From positions 32,001-96,000 of the forward strand of contig OZ242372.1 in the NCBI GenBank assembly GCA_965209035.1: 64,000 nucleotides of DNA. The letters run 5' to 3'. The notes beneath the pieces are model-generated. The model worked only from the letters and a program-made list of their open reading frames with translations, was not told the origin of the DNA and did no database searches. This stretch comes from Gammaproteobacteria bacterium (GTDB taxonomy: Bacteria > Pseudomonadota > Gammaproteobacteria > CBDBNL01 > JAAOII01). Shown one piece after another: positions 46,957 to 56,723 of the stretch (positions within the stretch are counted from its first letter, which is position 1; each line of letters starts with the position of its first letter). The position numbers and the translations under genes were made by a program.

Positions 46957-48503
46957 GATGTTTAGAGCAAGAACTGGCTTGACAAAAGGAACAAAATGCC
47001 AATCAGAGGTTAATTGGATTAGATAAGATAGATAGTGTGACTTGCCTCAATCAATCTTTCTTGGATATGCTTTCAGGTTCGAGGATTTTCCATTTTTGTG
47101 TCCCGCCCCGAAGTATACACAGAGCAGAATAGCTTAAATTTTTTCATATTATCTGAGACATCAGTATTCGGTTTATTCACACAGAATTTTCTTTAAATAC
47201 TTATTCACGCCGCCACCCGTTCGATCGACGTCATACCCATTTTTTTCCCACAATTTAACTGTTTTATGATAGGAAATAAGGTTTTTTCTCACATCATCCT
47301 CAGTGATTTCAGAGGTACCGGAGACACCGAAGAATTTGGCAACATAATATAGTATTAACTTAAGAGTGGTCGTGTCTTTGTAATCACGCCAAGAATGTCT
47401 CTTATTAAAATACATTATCGAAGTATCTTTTAGCCCAACTAACACAGTGTCACCCTCACCTCTACCTGCTTGTTTTGAAAAATTAAGCAGATGGATGTCT
47501 ATTATCGGGAAAATTGCATGCAATTCTATAGGCGGGGTTAAAGACTTATTACTATTTATTGCGCGCCAAAGTCCTGAAATGAAGGTGGCCCCACCAGTGC
47601 CACGTGTCACCACGTTATCCACTAAATTTTCTCTTATCAATTCACTTAATGTTTTAGCTGCTTCGTGTTTTTCGTAGAAATTGCGGCGACTACTATCTGA
47701 ATCTCTAGTCCCCCATTTCCCCTGTTCAACACGTGCCTGGCTATCCTTAATATAATAAATAGTATGCGGCATCTCCTTTTTGGATCCCTTCCCTTTATTA
47801 CATAATGTGTAGAAGTTTTTAAATATTTTCTTGTTAATTTGAGTTGCCCCAAACTTTCTTTCCGCCCGTCGCCCGATATAAAAAATCCTCCGGCCACCTC
47901 CTCCTTTTACCTTATTATTAAGTTCTTCTATAAATTTTGCAATCCCTTCCTTATCATTACTCCATTTTTGCATTTTTCCTGTTCCTGGTGGCGGGACATG
48001 ATAAATATACCCGTCATTTTGTTCCTGTTTTTTAGTGGTCGACGACAGAATATCAATACCACGTTCCGACACAAAAATGATCGATGCCACAATACCAACA
48101 ATAGAAAAGACAGACACCAAGGTCAAAACTTTTCTCTTCATAACATATTTTAAAAATGTTTTCATGATAATATTTTTTATATTTTTATAGTAGATATAAT
48201 TTAATTTTTGGCTGAATTCAGCCAACCTTAAAAATTTAAGATTTCCTTATTTTAGCTTTTTTTTGCTAAAAATATCAATTTTTAGAAAAAATTTAGATAA
48301 TTTGTAAATTCGTTAAAATTTGTAATACTTTGGAAATACATATATTAACACCACTTTCTGTGCCTCTATTTCGCTGGCAAAGTTAAATAGATACTTCCTC
48401 AATAGCCTCTTGGTTCGCAATTTCAAATCACTGTCGGACACCTGGTCTTTCAGATGGGATGTTTAAAGCAAGAACTAGCTTGACAAAAAAGAATAAATGT
48501 CAA
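46957..48503. repeat. Repeat A: about 46-bp direct repeat at 46957-47002 and 48458-48503, downstream of two unrelated genes
   Basis: gatgttta[g/a]agcaagaact[g/a]gcttgacaaaa..gaa.aaatg[c/t]caa; the second copy contains a TTGACA...TGTCAA dyad. Confidence 0.75.
47173..48225 (-). CDS. Hypothetical basic protein with an N-terminal membrane anchor
   Basis: 350-aa ORF, one hydrophobic helix, no recognised motif; real start probably at MKTFLK or MKRKVL. Confidence 0.6.
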   Translation of the reverse strand: MAEFSQKLNYIYYKNIKNIIMKTFLKYVMKRKVLTLVSVFSIVGIVASIIFVSERGIDILSSTTKKQEQNDGYIYHVPPPGTGKMQKWSNDKEGIAKFIEELNNKVKGGGGRRIFYIGRRAERKFGATQINKKIFKNFYTLCNKGKGSKKEMPHTIYYIKDSQARVEQGKWGTRDSDSSRRNFYEKHEAAKTLSELIRENLVDNVVTRGTGGATFISGLWRAINSNKSLTPPIELHAIFPIIDIHLLNFSKQAGRGEGDTVLVGLKDTSIMYFNKRHSWRDYKDTTTLKLILYYVAKFFGVSGTSEITEDDVRKNLISYHKTVKLWEKNGYDVDRTGGGVNKYLKKILCE

Positions 48504-49768
48504 GCGGGGGTTGATTGATTGGATGTTGATTTATTGGGTTTCGGTTCGAAAGGAACTTCGCCGATAATTTCTCGCCAAACGCGGTCCCCATAACAGGGAT
48601 GCCATTCGTCGTGTAATCTATCCCTGGAATCCGGATTAATTGAAATACTATTCTTATACGAAAATTGCAAATTAGTGCTTTTACTAACGCAATTTATCAT
48701 CCACTCCAAAGTGATGTCGGAAAGACCGGAATGCACATATCCTCCCCCGATATCACTGTGAACACCGCGAAACCATTCTTGAGCGAATGTGCACTTCTGC
48801 TGCGGATCCGGCTTCTCCCAGAGAGTGGGCAAAAACGTACGCCTTCTTTCATCCAATGCTACTGCGTGAAAAGCGCATTTTACTTTCGGGCTCAATTTCA
48901 CATCGTGGAATTGATAAGTGCTTATGGCATCGATGATTTCGCGATCAATAAAACCAAAATTAATGGCAGAAATATCTATAGAAGATATATTCGGAATCCC
49001 CAAGCTACCGACCGTGTCCCAAACACCGATGCAGGCAATATCATCGATATCTATATTACTGGCAAAGTTCTTCACTTGGTTACGATAAGAATTCCAACTT
49101 TTTTTTAGTGCCTCTTCTTTGAATACCTCTTCTTTGAAGGTCGGAATCCCTTGCCTTGCCAATAAACCACCCAAACTTCGTACCGTATAGGCTCCTCGCG
49201 AAAAGCCAAACAAGTATATTTCATCTCCCAGTTCGTAATGCTCGGCAATCACCCGATAACAATCCATGATATTCTTATTCAAGCCAAAACCAAAAATACC
49301 AGTGTATTGATCATACATATGTGTCCTAACCCCGGCGTGATAAAATACGATTTGTTCCACACCATCACTGGCTTCCCCCAAAATACGCAATGGCCGGCGT
49401 ATTGCTCTTCTTCCACAGAGTGCCTGATATATCTTGGCGACATTTGTTTGTTCACATACCTCTTCATCGGGTCTATTCCAAGTGCCGTCAGCACAAACAA
49501 CAATTCTTTTCATTGAATTTCTCCTATCTTCAATATGTAATAAAACTTATTTTTTAATTATACTTATTTTTTGTTGAAAATAGCAGTTTTTAGAAAAATT
49601 AGATGATTCGTAAATTCGCTAATATTTGTAATATTTTGGAAATACATATATTAACATCACTTTCTGTGCCGCTATTTCGCCGGCACAATAAACCAGGCAC
49701 TTCCTCAATAGCTTCTTGCTCTTGGTTCGCAATTCCAAATCACTGTCGGACACTCGGTCTTTCGGATG
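48259..49768. repeat. Repeat B: about 200-bp non-coding direct repeat at about 48259-48456 and 49567-49768, upstream of two unrelated genes
   Basis: Shared tttggaaatacatatattaaca.cactttctgtgcc.ctatttcgc...cttcctcaatagc...tcttggttcgcaatt.caaatcactgtcggacac..ggtctttc.gatg. Confidence 0.88.
48500..49513 (-). CDS. DUF2235 (Tle1-like) alpha/beta hydrolase
   Basis: KRIVVCADGTWN, TNVAK, GFSRGAYTVR, GVWDTVGSLG, HAVALDERR, WFRGVHSDIGGGY. Confidence 0.9.
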   Translation of the reverse strand: MKRIVVCADGTWNRPDEEVCEQTNVAKIYQALCGRRAIRRPLRILGEASDGVEQIVFYHAGVRTHMYDQYTGIFGFGLNKNIMDCYRVIAEHYELGDEIYLFGFSRGAYTVRSLGGLLARQGIPTFKEEVFKEEALKKSWNSYRNQVKNFASNIDIDDIACIGVWDTVGSLGIPNISSIDISAINFGFIDREIIDAISTYQFHDVKLSPKVKCAFHAVALDERRRTFLPTLWEKPDPQQKCTFAQEWFRGVHSDIGGGYVHSGLSDITLEWMINCVSKSTNLQFSYKNSISINPDSRDRLHDEWHPCYGDRVWREIIGEVPFEPKPNKSTSNQSTPA

Positions 49769-49876
49769 CTTGGACAGTGCCTTACCGATATTCCGGATCG
49801 CCTTGCCCTCAAATATTTCAACGGCAATTCTATTGCACCGATCGAGACGACTTAAGTTTTAGTCTTTTATGTTTTG

Positions 49877-51652
49877 CTATACTTTCAATTGTTTTTGTTC
49901 CAATGCAAAGGTTCTGTTACGAATTACCTCCCGGTTATCCGGGCTTATCCGCAGTGCTTTGTTATAGTCGTCGATCGCCGCGTCATATTGCTTTAATGCA
50001 AGTTTGGCATTTCCCCGGTGGAAGTATACTGTGGCGTATTCCGGGTTAATTTGTATGACACGATCATAATCGGCAATGGCCTGTTCATACTGCCCTAATT
50101 TAAACTTACTAAATCCTCGATTAGGGTATGCGTCCGTATATTCCGGATTAATTTCAAGGGCACAATTATAATCATCGATCGCCGCGTCATATTGCTTCAA
50201 TGCAAGTTTGGCATTTCCTCGGTGGAAGTATGTTGTGGCGTGTTCCGGATTAATTTTTATGGCACGATCATAATCGGCAATTGCCGCGTCATACTGCCCT
50301 AATTCAAACTTGGTAAATCCTCGATTGGAATATGCACCCGCATATTCCGGATTAATTTCAAGGGCACAATCATAATCGGCAATCGCCGCGTCATACTGCT
50401 TTAATGTAAGTTTAACAGTTCCTCTATTGAAGAATTTCTCCGTATTATGGGGATCAATTTGAACCGCGCGGTCATAATCGGCAAGAGCCTTTTCGTATTG
50501 TTTCAACTGGGCCCGGGTAGTCCCTCGATGGAAGTATGCGTCTGCATATCCCGGATTAATTTCAAGGACACGATCATAATCGGCAAGAGATTGTTTGTAT
50601 TGTTTCAACTGGGCATAGGTACTTCCCCGATTATGGTATGCATCTGCATATCTCGGATTAATTTCAATGGCACGATCATAATCAGCAAGAGACTGGGCAT
50701 ACTTCTGTAATTTAACCTTGGCATTTCCCCGAGTGAAATATGCTTCGGCGTACTCCGGATTAATTTTTATGACACGATCATAATCGGCAATCGCCTGTTC
50801 ATACAGTCCTAATTCAAACTTGATATTTCCCTGATCAAAGTATCCATCCTCATATTTCGAATTAATTGCAATGGCTAGCTCATACTGATGTAATTTAAAC
50901 TTAGCATGTTCCCGGTTGAAGTATGCGTCCATATATCCCGGATTAATTTCAATGGCACGATCATAATCGGCAATCGCCTGTTCGTATTGTTTCAACTGGG
51001 CATGAGCATTTCCCCGATTAAAGCATGCGTCCATATATCCCGGATTAATTTCAATGGCACGATCATAATCGGCAATCGCCTGTTCGTATTGCTTCAACTG
51101 GGCATGAGCACTTCCCCGATTGTTATATGCTTCCGCGTATCCCGGATTAAGTTCAAGGGCACGATCATCATCGGCAATAGCCTGTTCATACCGTTCTAAT
51201 TCAAACTTGGCGTGTCCCCGATTGGAGTATGCTTCAGCCGATGCAGGATTAAGTTGAATGACGCGGTCATAATCGACAAGAGCCTGTTCATACTGATTTA
51301 ATGTAAGTTTGACAGTTCCTCTATTGAATAATATCTCCGAGCTGTGAGGATCAATTTGAACGGCGCGGTCATAATCGGCAAGAGCCTGTACATATCTTTG
51401 TAATTCAAACTTGGCATTTCCGCGATTGTTATATGCTTCAGCCAATTCAGGATCAAATTGAATGGCACAGTCATAGTCGGCAATAGCCTGTTCATATTGT
51501 TTCAACAGGGCATAAACAGTTCCCCGATTGCTGTATGCCTCGGTATATTTTGGATCCTGTTCAATGGCTAGGCTATACTCTTTTATCGCACCCGGATAGT
51601 CCTGCTGTTGCCCAAGGGCGTTGCCTCTTTCAAAATACTCTTTTGCGGTCAT
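49877..51652 (-). CDS. Tetratricopeptide-repeat-only protein (copy 1)
   Basis: Continuous 34-aa repeats AY.NRG......L.QYEQAIADYDRAI.INP. Confidence 0.93.
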   Translation of the reverse strand: MTAKEYFERGNALGQQQDYPGAIKEYSLAIEQDPKYTEAYSNRGTVYALLKQYEQAIADYDCAIQFDPELAEAYNNRGNAKFELQRYVQALADYDRAVQIDPHSSEILFNRGTVKLTLNQYEQALVDYDRVIQLNPASAEAYSNRGHAKFELERYEQAIADDDRALELNPGYAEAYNNRGSAHAQLKQYEQAIADYDRAIEINPGYMDACFNRGNAHAQLKQYEQAIADYDRAIEINPGYMDAYFNREHAKFKLHQYELAIAINSKYEDGYFDQGNIKFELGLYEQAIADYDRVIKINPEYAEAYFTRGNAKVKLQKYAQSLADYDRAIEINPRYADAYHNRGSTYAQLKQYKQSLADYDRVLEINPGYADAYFHRGTTRAQLKQYEKALADYDRAVQIDPHNTEKFFNRGTVKLTLKQYDAAIADYDCALEINPEYAGAYSNRGFTKFELGQYDAAIADYDRAIKINPEHATTYFHRGNAKLALKQYDAAIDDYNCALEINPEYTDAYPNRGFSKFKLGQYEQAIADYDRVIQINPEYATVYFHRGNAKLALKQYDAAIDDYNKALRISPDNREVIRNRTFALEQKQLKV

Positions 51653-51797
51653 GATCGATCTTGTTGGTAAACTCTTGGTGGGTAGTGTTGTGGTGAATAA
51701 CGAACTCGGTTAGTCCCTCGCTATTTCTTGCTCCTTTATATTTATATCTCTTTCTTCGCCTTTCGTATTCACTGCATGTTTTATCAAATGTTTTTTG

Positions 51798-53192
51798 CTA
51801 ACCTTTCGATTGTTTTTGTTCCAATGCATAGGCTATGTTATTACGAATTACCCCCTGGAAATGCGGGTTTATCTGCAACACTTTGTTATAGTCTTCTATC
51901 GCCCCGTCATACTGTTTTAATGCAAGTTTGGCACTTCCCCGATTGTTGTATGCGCCCGCATATTCCGGATTAATTTGTATGGCGTGGTCATAATCAGCAA
52001 TAGCCTGCTCATACTTCTGTAATTTAAACTTGGTAGTTCCCCGATTGAAGTATGCTTTGGTGTATTCCGGATTAATTGCAATGGCACGATCATAATCGAC
52101 TATCGCCTGTTGATACTGTTCTAATTTAACCTCGGCATTTCCCCGATTGAGATATGCTTTGGCTAATTCAGGATTAAGTTCAATGGCGCGATCATAATCG
52201 GCAAGAGATTGTTGATACTGCCCTAGCTCAAACTTGGCAACTCCGCGATTGGTGTATGCTTCGGTGTCTTGAGGATTAAGTTCAATGGCGCGATCATAAT
52301 CGGCAAGAGCCTGTTGATACTTCTGTAATTTAAACTTGGTAACTCCCCGCTGGAAGTATACTTGGGCGTCTTCCGGATTAATTGCAATGGCACGATCATA
52401 ATCGGCAATCGCCTGTTGATACTGCCCTAATTTATTTTTGGCCCTTCCTCGATTGTTGTATGCACTCGCATATTCCGGATTAATTTGTATGGCACGGTCA
52501 TAATCAGCAATAGATTGTTCGTATTGTATCAATTGAGCATGGGCAGTTCCCCGATGGAAGTATACTTCGGCGTCTTCCGAATTAAGCTGAATAGCGTGGT
52601 TATAACTGGCAATAGCCTCTTCATACTGCTCTAATTCAAACTTAGCAAGTCCCCGATTACTGTATGCTCCCGTCAATTTAGGATTAAGTTGAATGGCGCG
52701 ATCATAATCGGCAATCGCCTGTTCATACCACCTTAATTTAAACTTGGCAAGTCCCCGCGTGAAGTATGCGTCCGTATATCCCGGATTAATTGCAATGACG
52801 CGATCATAATCGGCAATCGCCTGTTTATGCTGTCCTAATTTATCCTTGGTAAGTCCCCGAGCGAAGTATGCGGATGCCCGTCCCGGGTCAAGTGCAATGA
52901 CACGATCATAATCGGCAATCGCCTGTTTATGCTGCCCTAGTTTATCCTTGGTAAGTCCCCGAATGGAGTATGCTTCAGCCGAAGCAGGGTGAAGTTGAAT
53001 GACGCGGTCATAGTATGCAAGAGCCTGTTCGTATTGTTTTAACAGGATATGGGCAGTTCCCAGATTTAAGTATGCGACAACATCTTTTGGGTCCTGCTTA
53101 ATAGCAAGACTATATTCCTTTATCGCCCCGGTATAGTCCTGCTTCTGCATCAGGGCGTTGCCTTTATTCAAATATTCTTCTTTTGTGGTCAT
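51798..53192 (-). CDS. Tetratricopeptide-repeat-only protein (copy 2)
   Basis: Same TPR consensus; termini and upstream DNA paralogous to copy 1. ATG 53192 chosen by alignment. Confidence 0.93.
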   Translation of the reverse strand: MTTKEEYLNKGNALMQKQDYTGAIKEYSLAIKQDPKDVVAYLNLGTAHILLKQYEQALAYYDRVIQLHPASAEAYSIRGLTKDKLGQHKQAIADYDRVIALDPGRASAYFARGLTKDKLGQHKQAIADYDRVIAINPGYTDAYFTRGLAKFKLRWYEQAIADYDRAIQLNPKLTGAYSNRGLAKFELEQYEEAIASYNHAIQLNSEDAEVYFHRGTAHAQLIQYEQSIADYDRAIQINPEYASAYNNRGRAKNKLGQYQQAIADYDRAIAINPEDAQVYFQRGVTKFKLQKYQQALADYDRAIELNPQDTEAYTNRGVAKFELGQYQQSLADYDRAIELNPELAKAYLNRGNAEVKLEQYQQAIVDYDRAIAINPEYTKAYFNRGTTKFKLQKYEQAIADYDHAIQINPEYAGAYNNRGSAKLALKQYDGAIEDYNKVLQINPHFQGVIRNNIAYALEQKQSKG

Positions 53193-53318
53193 GATTAATG
53201 TTCTTGGTAACAACTTGGTTGTGTTAGTGGTGAATAACACACTTGGTTAGTCCCTTGCTTTCCCCATTGTTTAAATTTTTGTCGAACATGTTTTATTATA
53301 CTTTTTAAGTTTTAGTAT

Positions 53319-55448
53319 TTAAGAAGTATCTTTATTCTGTCGGACAAAAGGACCATAACGCCGGATAACCTCGGCGATGAAACCCTTCATTTGTTCTGTC
53401 TGTTGCTTGCTTGCCCGGACTGGCTGTTGATTGCCGATGAGATCTGTTGCCAGTTTTTCCGCCTCTTCTTTGTTGCAGAGGGATGCGTATGCGGACAGGG
53501 CCGCGCCCATGGGTGTGCCGACTTCGCTGATGGAACATACCGGGCGGTTCCAGATTGCACTGACGCGCTCCAAAACGGCTCGGGATGCCGATGCGCCGCC
53601 GGTAACATATAAGATTTTTTCGGTCGGCGGCTGTGAGCCGGAACTGGCGGGGTTGGTTGTTGTTTCACCGCCCGCACTGTCACTCTCTCCTGTTGTAGAA
53701 ATAAAATGAGCGGACAACTTATCCTCACCGGCACTGCCCTCTCTTGTCGCTGAAACGGAATCAGTGAGTGCGTTCGGGGCATTTGGATGCCCTCCCACAC
53801 CAGTACTGCCACCCTTTCCTGTCGCTGAAACGGAATCAGTGAGTGCGTTCGGGGCATTTGGATGCCCTCCCACACCAGTACTGCCACCCTTTCCTGTCGC
53901 TGAAACGAAATCAACGGGTACGTTTGGATGCCCGTCCCCGCCCGCGCTGCCGGACCAAATAGCGAGAATTGCGAGTACTGTGTCTATGATGGCGGGATAG
54001 TCTTTACGGACATCTCCTGTTTGGCCGATCGGGTCAATGATCGGGGATACGGGGAAGGATTCTTTGAGGGGCTGCCATATTAAAAACTGCTTGCCGAATT
54101 GGGCGAATTGGGTATTGGTCAGAATCTTTTCCGCCTCTGCGTAGGTGAGGTTGCCGCGCAGTTTGTCCCAGACGAGTGCGCCGTTGGTGCGCGGGAAGAA
54201 GTAAAAGGGTCTGTCCAGTCCATCGTACATGCCGTTCGCTCCGGTTGCCGCAGAGTGTGGCGGTCTTTCCGCAGTGGTCTCGCTCGCATCCGCCTCCCCC
54301 CCTGCCTCTGTTTTGGCGAATACTTCGGGTGATGATTCGGATGCTTCTTTTGCGCTCACACTCCCACTCCCACTTCCACTCGCCCCCTGCTCCATCGCAC
54401 TCCTCGCATCCTGCCCCGCATTCACTCGCACCCGGGCGGGAACAGATGCCGATACCTCCTCGCCGCCATGCCGGTGCCCGTCACTGTCCCCGTCCCGGAA
54501 ACTGCCGGTCTCTTGCATATAGACAAAACTGGTCCCCAATGAAAGCAGGTCGCCTTTTATCAGAGATTTCGTATGCGGGTTGTCGCCGCCACCGCTTGCG
54601 ACCAGGCAATTCGGTGAAAAGCCGTGCCGTCTTATCCAGTATTCGGAAAGGCACTGAGGCGCCAGGTAGGCGGATGCCAAAGGCGGTAACTTGTCCCTTA
54701 GCGCGTCCTTGCCACCGGGCAATCCTGCGGCAACCGCGTCCAGCAGTGTGTCCGACCATTCTCGCCGGCGGTAGTCCATCAACAGCATCCCGCTGGCATT
54801 GCCGAAATCAATCGGATGACGTGGACTGGCGGTCAGTAATGCGGTAAGGAAACTACTGATGAGATGGATGCAAGCGGTTCGGCGATAGGCGTCCGGTTGC
54901 TCTTGTCCGATGCGGCGGATAATGACGCCGGTGAAACGCAACGGGACATCGGCGCCGGCAATCTGTTCCGCCCGGGCGGAACCGCCCAAGGCGGCGCGGA
55001 TTTCGTCCGCGGGGCGTTTGGTGTTGGCGGTCATCCAGATGGGGCTGTGCGGATAAGAGAAGCAATCCCGCAAAAGAGCCACGGGCGGTCTGTCGGCTTT
55101 TGCCAAATCACTCACGGAAAATATGGGCGACCGCTCAAAGGATGCGTTCATATAGACATGGCTGTGTTGTTGTGCCGATACGCTGATTGATTCTATGCGT
55201 GAGATGCAGCCGCTTTCTTTTAGAGCAAAAAAGAGTTTGTCAAGACATTCAACAAACATCAGAGGCGGCTGTTCAAATGCACCCGGTGGCAGACCGTCCA
55301 GGGAAAAGGTTCGGGGATTTAGACCGAAGTCCGCCGCAAGTTCCCGGTAGGGGATGCTGTGCTTCCAAATGGTTTGTCGGTCATCGCTGTTTAGGAGAAT
55401 ACCGCTGCAACTTTGGGTGCTCATATCCACCCCGAGGCAAATGCTCAT
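53319..55448 (-). CDS. xylB: FGGY-family sugar kinase, eukaryote-type xylulokinase subgroup, with low-complexity insertions
   Basis: GVDMSTQS, SAQQH, SPIWM, LRFTG, IHLISSFL, ASGMLLMD, GDNP, SLGTS, VTGGAS; located in a GH43/sugar-ABC operon. Confidence 0.75.
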   Translation of the reverse strand: MSICLGVDMSTQSCSGILLNSDDRQTIWKHSIPYRELAADFGLNPRTFSLDGLPPGAFEQPPLMFVECLDKLFFALKESGCISRIESISVSAQQHSHVYMNASFERSPIFSVSDLAKADRPPVALLRDCFSYPHSPIWMTANTKRPADEIRAALGGSARAEQIAGADVPLRFTGVIIRRIGQEQPDAYRRTACIHLISSFLTALLTASPRHPIDFGNASGMLLMDYRRREWSDTLLDAVAAGLPGGKDALRDKLPPLASAYLAPQCLSEYWIRRHGFSPNCLVASGGGDNPHTKSLIKGDLLSLGTSFVYMQETGSFRDGDSDGHRHGGEEVSASVPARVRVNAGQDARSAMEQGASGSGSGSVSAKEASESSPEVFAKTEAGGEADASETTAERPPHSAATGANGMYDGLDRPFYFFPRTNGALVWDKLRGNLTYAEAEKILTNTQFAQFGKQFLIWQPLKESFPVSPIIDPIGQTGDVRKDYPAIIDTVLAILAIWSGSAGGDGHPNVPVDFVSATGKGGSTGVGGHPNAPNALTDSVSATGKGGSTGVGGHPNAPNALTDSVSATREGSAGEDKLSAHFISTTGESDSAGGETTTNPASSGSQPPTEKILYVTGGASASRAVLERVSAIWNRPVCSISEVGTPMGAALSAYASLCNKEEAEKLATDLIGNQQPVRASKQQTEQMKGFIAEVIRRYGPFVRQNKDTS
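53745..53932 (-). repeat. 75-bp in-frame tandem repeat (about 2.5 copies) inside the kinase gene
   Basis: Units start at 53745, 53820 and 53895; encode GHPNAPNALTDSVSATGKGGSTGVG. Confidence 0.9.
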
Positions 55449-55700
55449 CGGCGGCGGGTAGGTATAAGCAACAATAGAAATAGAAACATCTTGCGGAGTC
55501 GTTCAAGAGGCAAAGGCATTAAAGGAAAGGCAACCATTCATTCATTCATCCGGCCCCCTTCACCTCTCACCCCTTCATTCCTTTTTATCTTTGGCACACG
55601 CAAGTCCCGCCGCTTTTTCTTTTGGAGCGAAAACAAAAAAAGCGAACGGGAACAAAGAGAACGAGTGCGGAATAAAGAGGCGCGCGTGTTCCCCGTGATG

Positions 55701-56723
55701 TTAAGACAACAGAGAAGATATCTTTTCTATTTGCGCCGAACTCAGTTTTTCAAACCGCATGGTGCCGGCATTTTCTTTTGCTTGAGCGACTGTCCGAATC
55801 CCGGGGATTGGAATGGTATTGGGCGAGCGAGACCACAACCAGCAGAGCGCACCCTGGGCGAGACTGCGTCCGTCTTCGGTTAGAACGGAGCGAATTGCCC
55901 GCACCTTTTCATACCACTCCGGCGACGGCTTGCCTCCCTTGAAATACTTCATCCAGTCCGGGCTTGCCCGGCCGCGAACATCGTCTGCGGACAGCTGCGA
56001 ATCCGCGGCATACTTGCCGCTGAGCAGCCCCATTGCCAAGGGACCTCGGTTAATGAGAGCCAGATTTTCCGCCTCGCAAAGGCGCACCATTTCGGCATTG
56101 TCATCCAGAACATTTATTTGTGCCTGAATGGCCGCGCAGTTTTGCCCCTTGGCAAAGACCGCGGCACGCTCCGGGAAGTCGGTGCTCCAGCCGTAGGCGC
56201 GAATGCGTCCCAGACGCACCAGATCTTCCAAAGTATCTCGCACGGACTCCGCCTTTTGCGGCGAATATTCGTTCAGGTGAAACTGATACAGATCTATGTA
56301 GTCGGTATTCAGGCGTTTCAGCGAGGCTTCGCAGGCACTGCGAATGTAATCGGGCGAGGCGTCCATCCCGTCCACGATTCTCTTGCCGGTATCCCCCGTG
56401 TCTGTTTGGGTTTTGGCTTTGAAAGTAAAGCCGAACTTGGTGGCGATGACCACCTTGTCGCGCTTGTTGGCAAAAACCTTGCCGACGAGTGTCTCGCTGT
56501 GTCCGGTGCCATAGATGTCCGCCGTATCGTAAAAGGTGATGCCCTGCTCGTAGGCGGTTTCCAACGCACGGCAGGATTCGGCATCATCGGAAGCACCCCA
56601 GCCAACCGGCGTGCCGTCTGCCTGATAAAAAGGACCGCCGATCGCCCAGCAGCCCATACCCAGCGGGCTAACTTTGATGCCGCTGCGTCCGAGAGTTCTC
56701 TTTTTTTGAATTATTTCTGTCAT
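55701..56723 (-). CDS. Aldo/keto reductase
   Basis: LGMGCWAIGG, YDTADIYG.G.SE, IATKFG, SLKRLNTDYIDLYQFH, PIPG. Confidence 0.93.
   Translation of the reverse strand: MTEIIQKKRTLGRSGIKVSPLGMGCWAIGGPFYQADGTPVGWGASDDAESCRALETAYEQGITFYDTADIYGTGHSETLVGKVFANKRDKVVIATKFGFTFKAKTQTDTGDTGKRIVDGMDASPDYIRSACEASLKRLNTDYIDLYQFHLNEYSPQKAESVRDTLEDLVRLGRIRAYGWSTDFPERAAVFAKGQNCAAIQAQINVLDDNAEMVRLCEAENLALINRGPLAMGLLSGKYAADSQLSADDVRGRASPDWMKYFKGGKPSPEWYEKVRAIRSVLTEDGRSLAQGALCWLWSRSPNTIPIPGIRTVAQAKENAGTMRFEKLSSAQIEKISSLLS

Noticed and set aside
48500-49513. Type VI secretion effector locus
   Set aside because: DUF2235 alone is insufficient; no VgrG, PAAR, Hcp or lipoprotein immunity gene is adjacent.
30134-49768. 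Integron cassette array
   Set aside because: No tyrosine recombinase, genes lie in both orientations, and I could not find recurring attC-type RYYYAAC...GTTRRRY palindromes.
49877-53192. Near-identical repeats as a DGR template/variable pair
   Set aside because: No reverse transcriptase in the window and the differences are not adenine-specific; these are ordinary TPR repeats. The same applies to the protease remnant.
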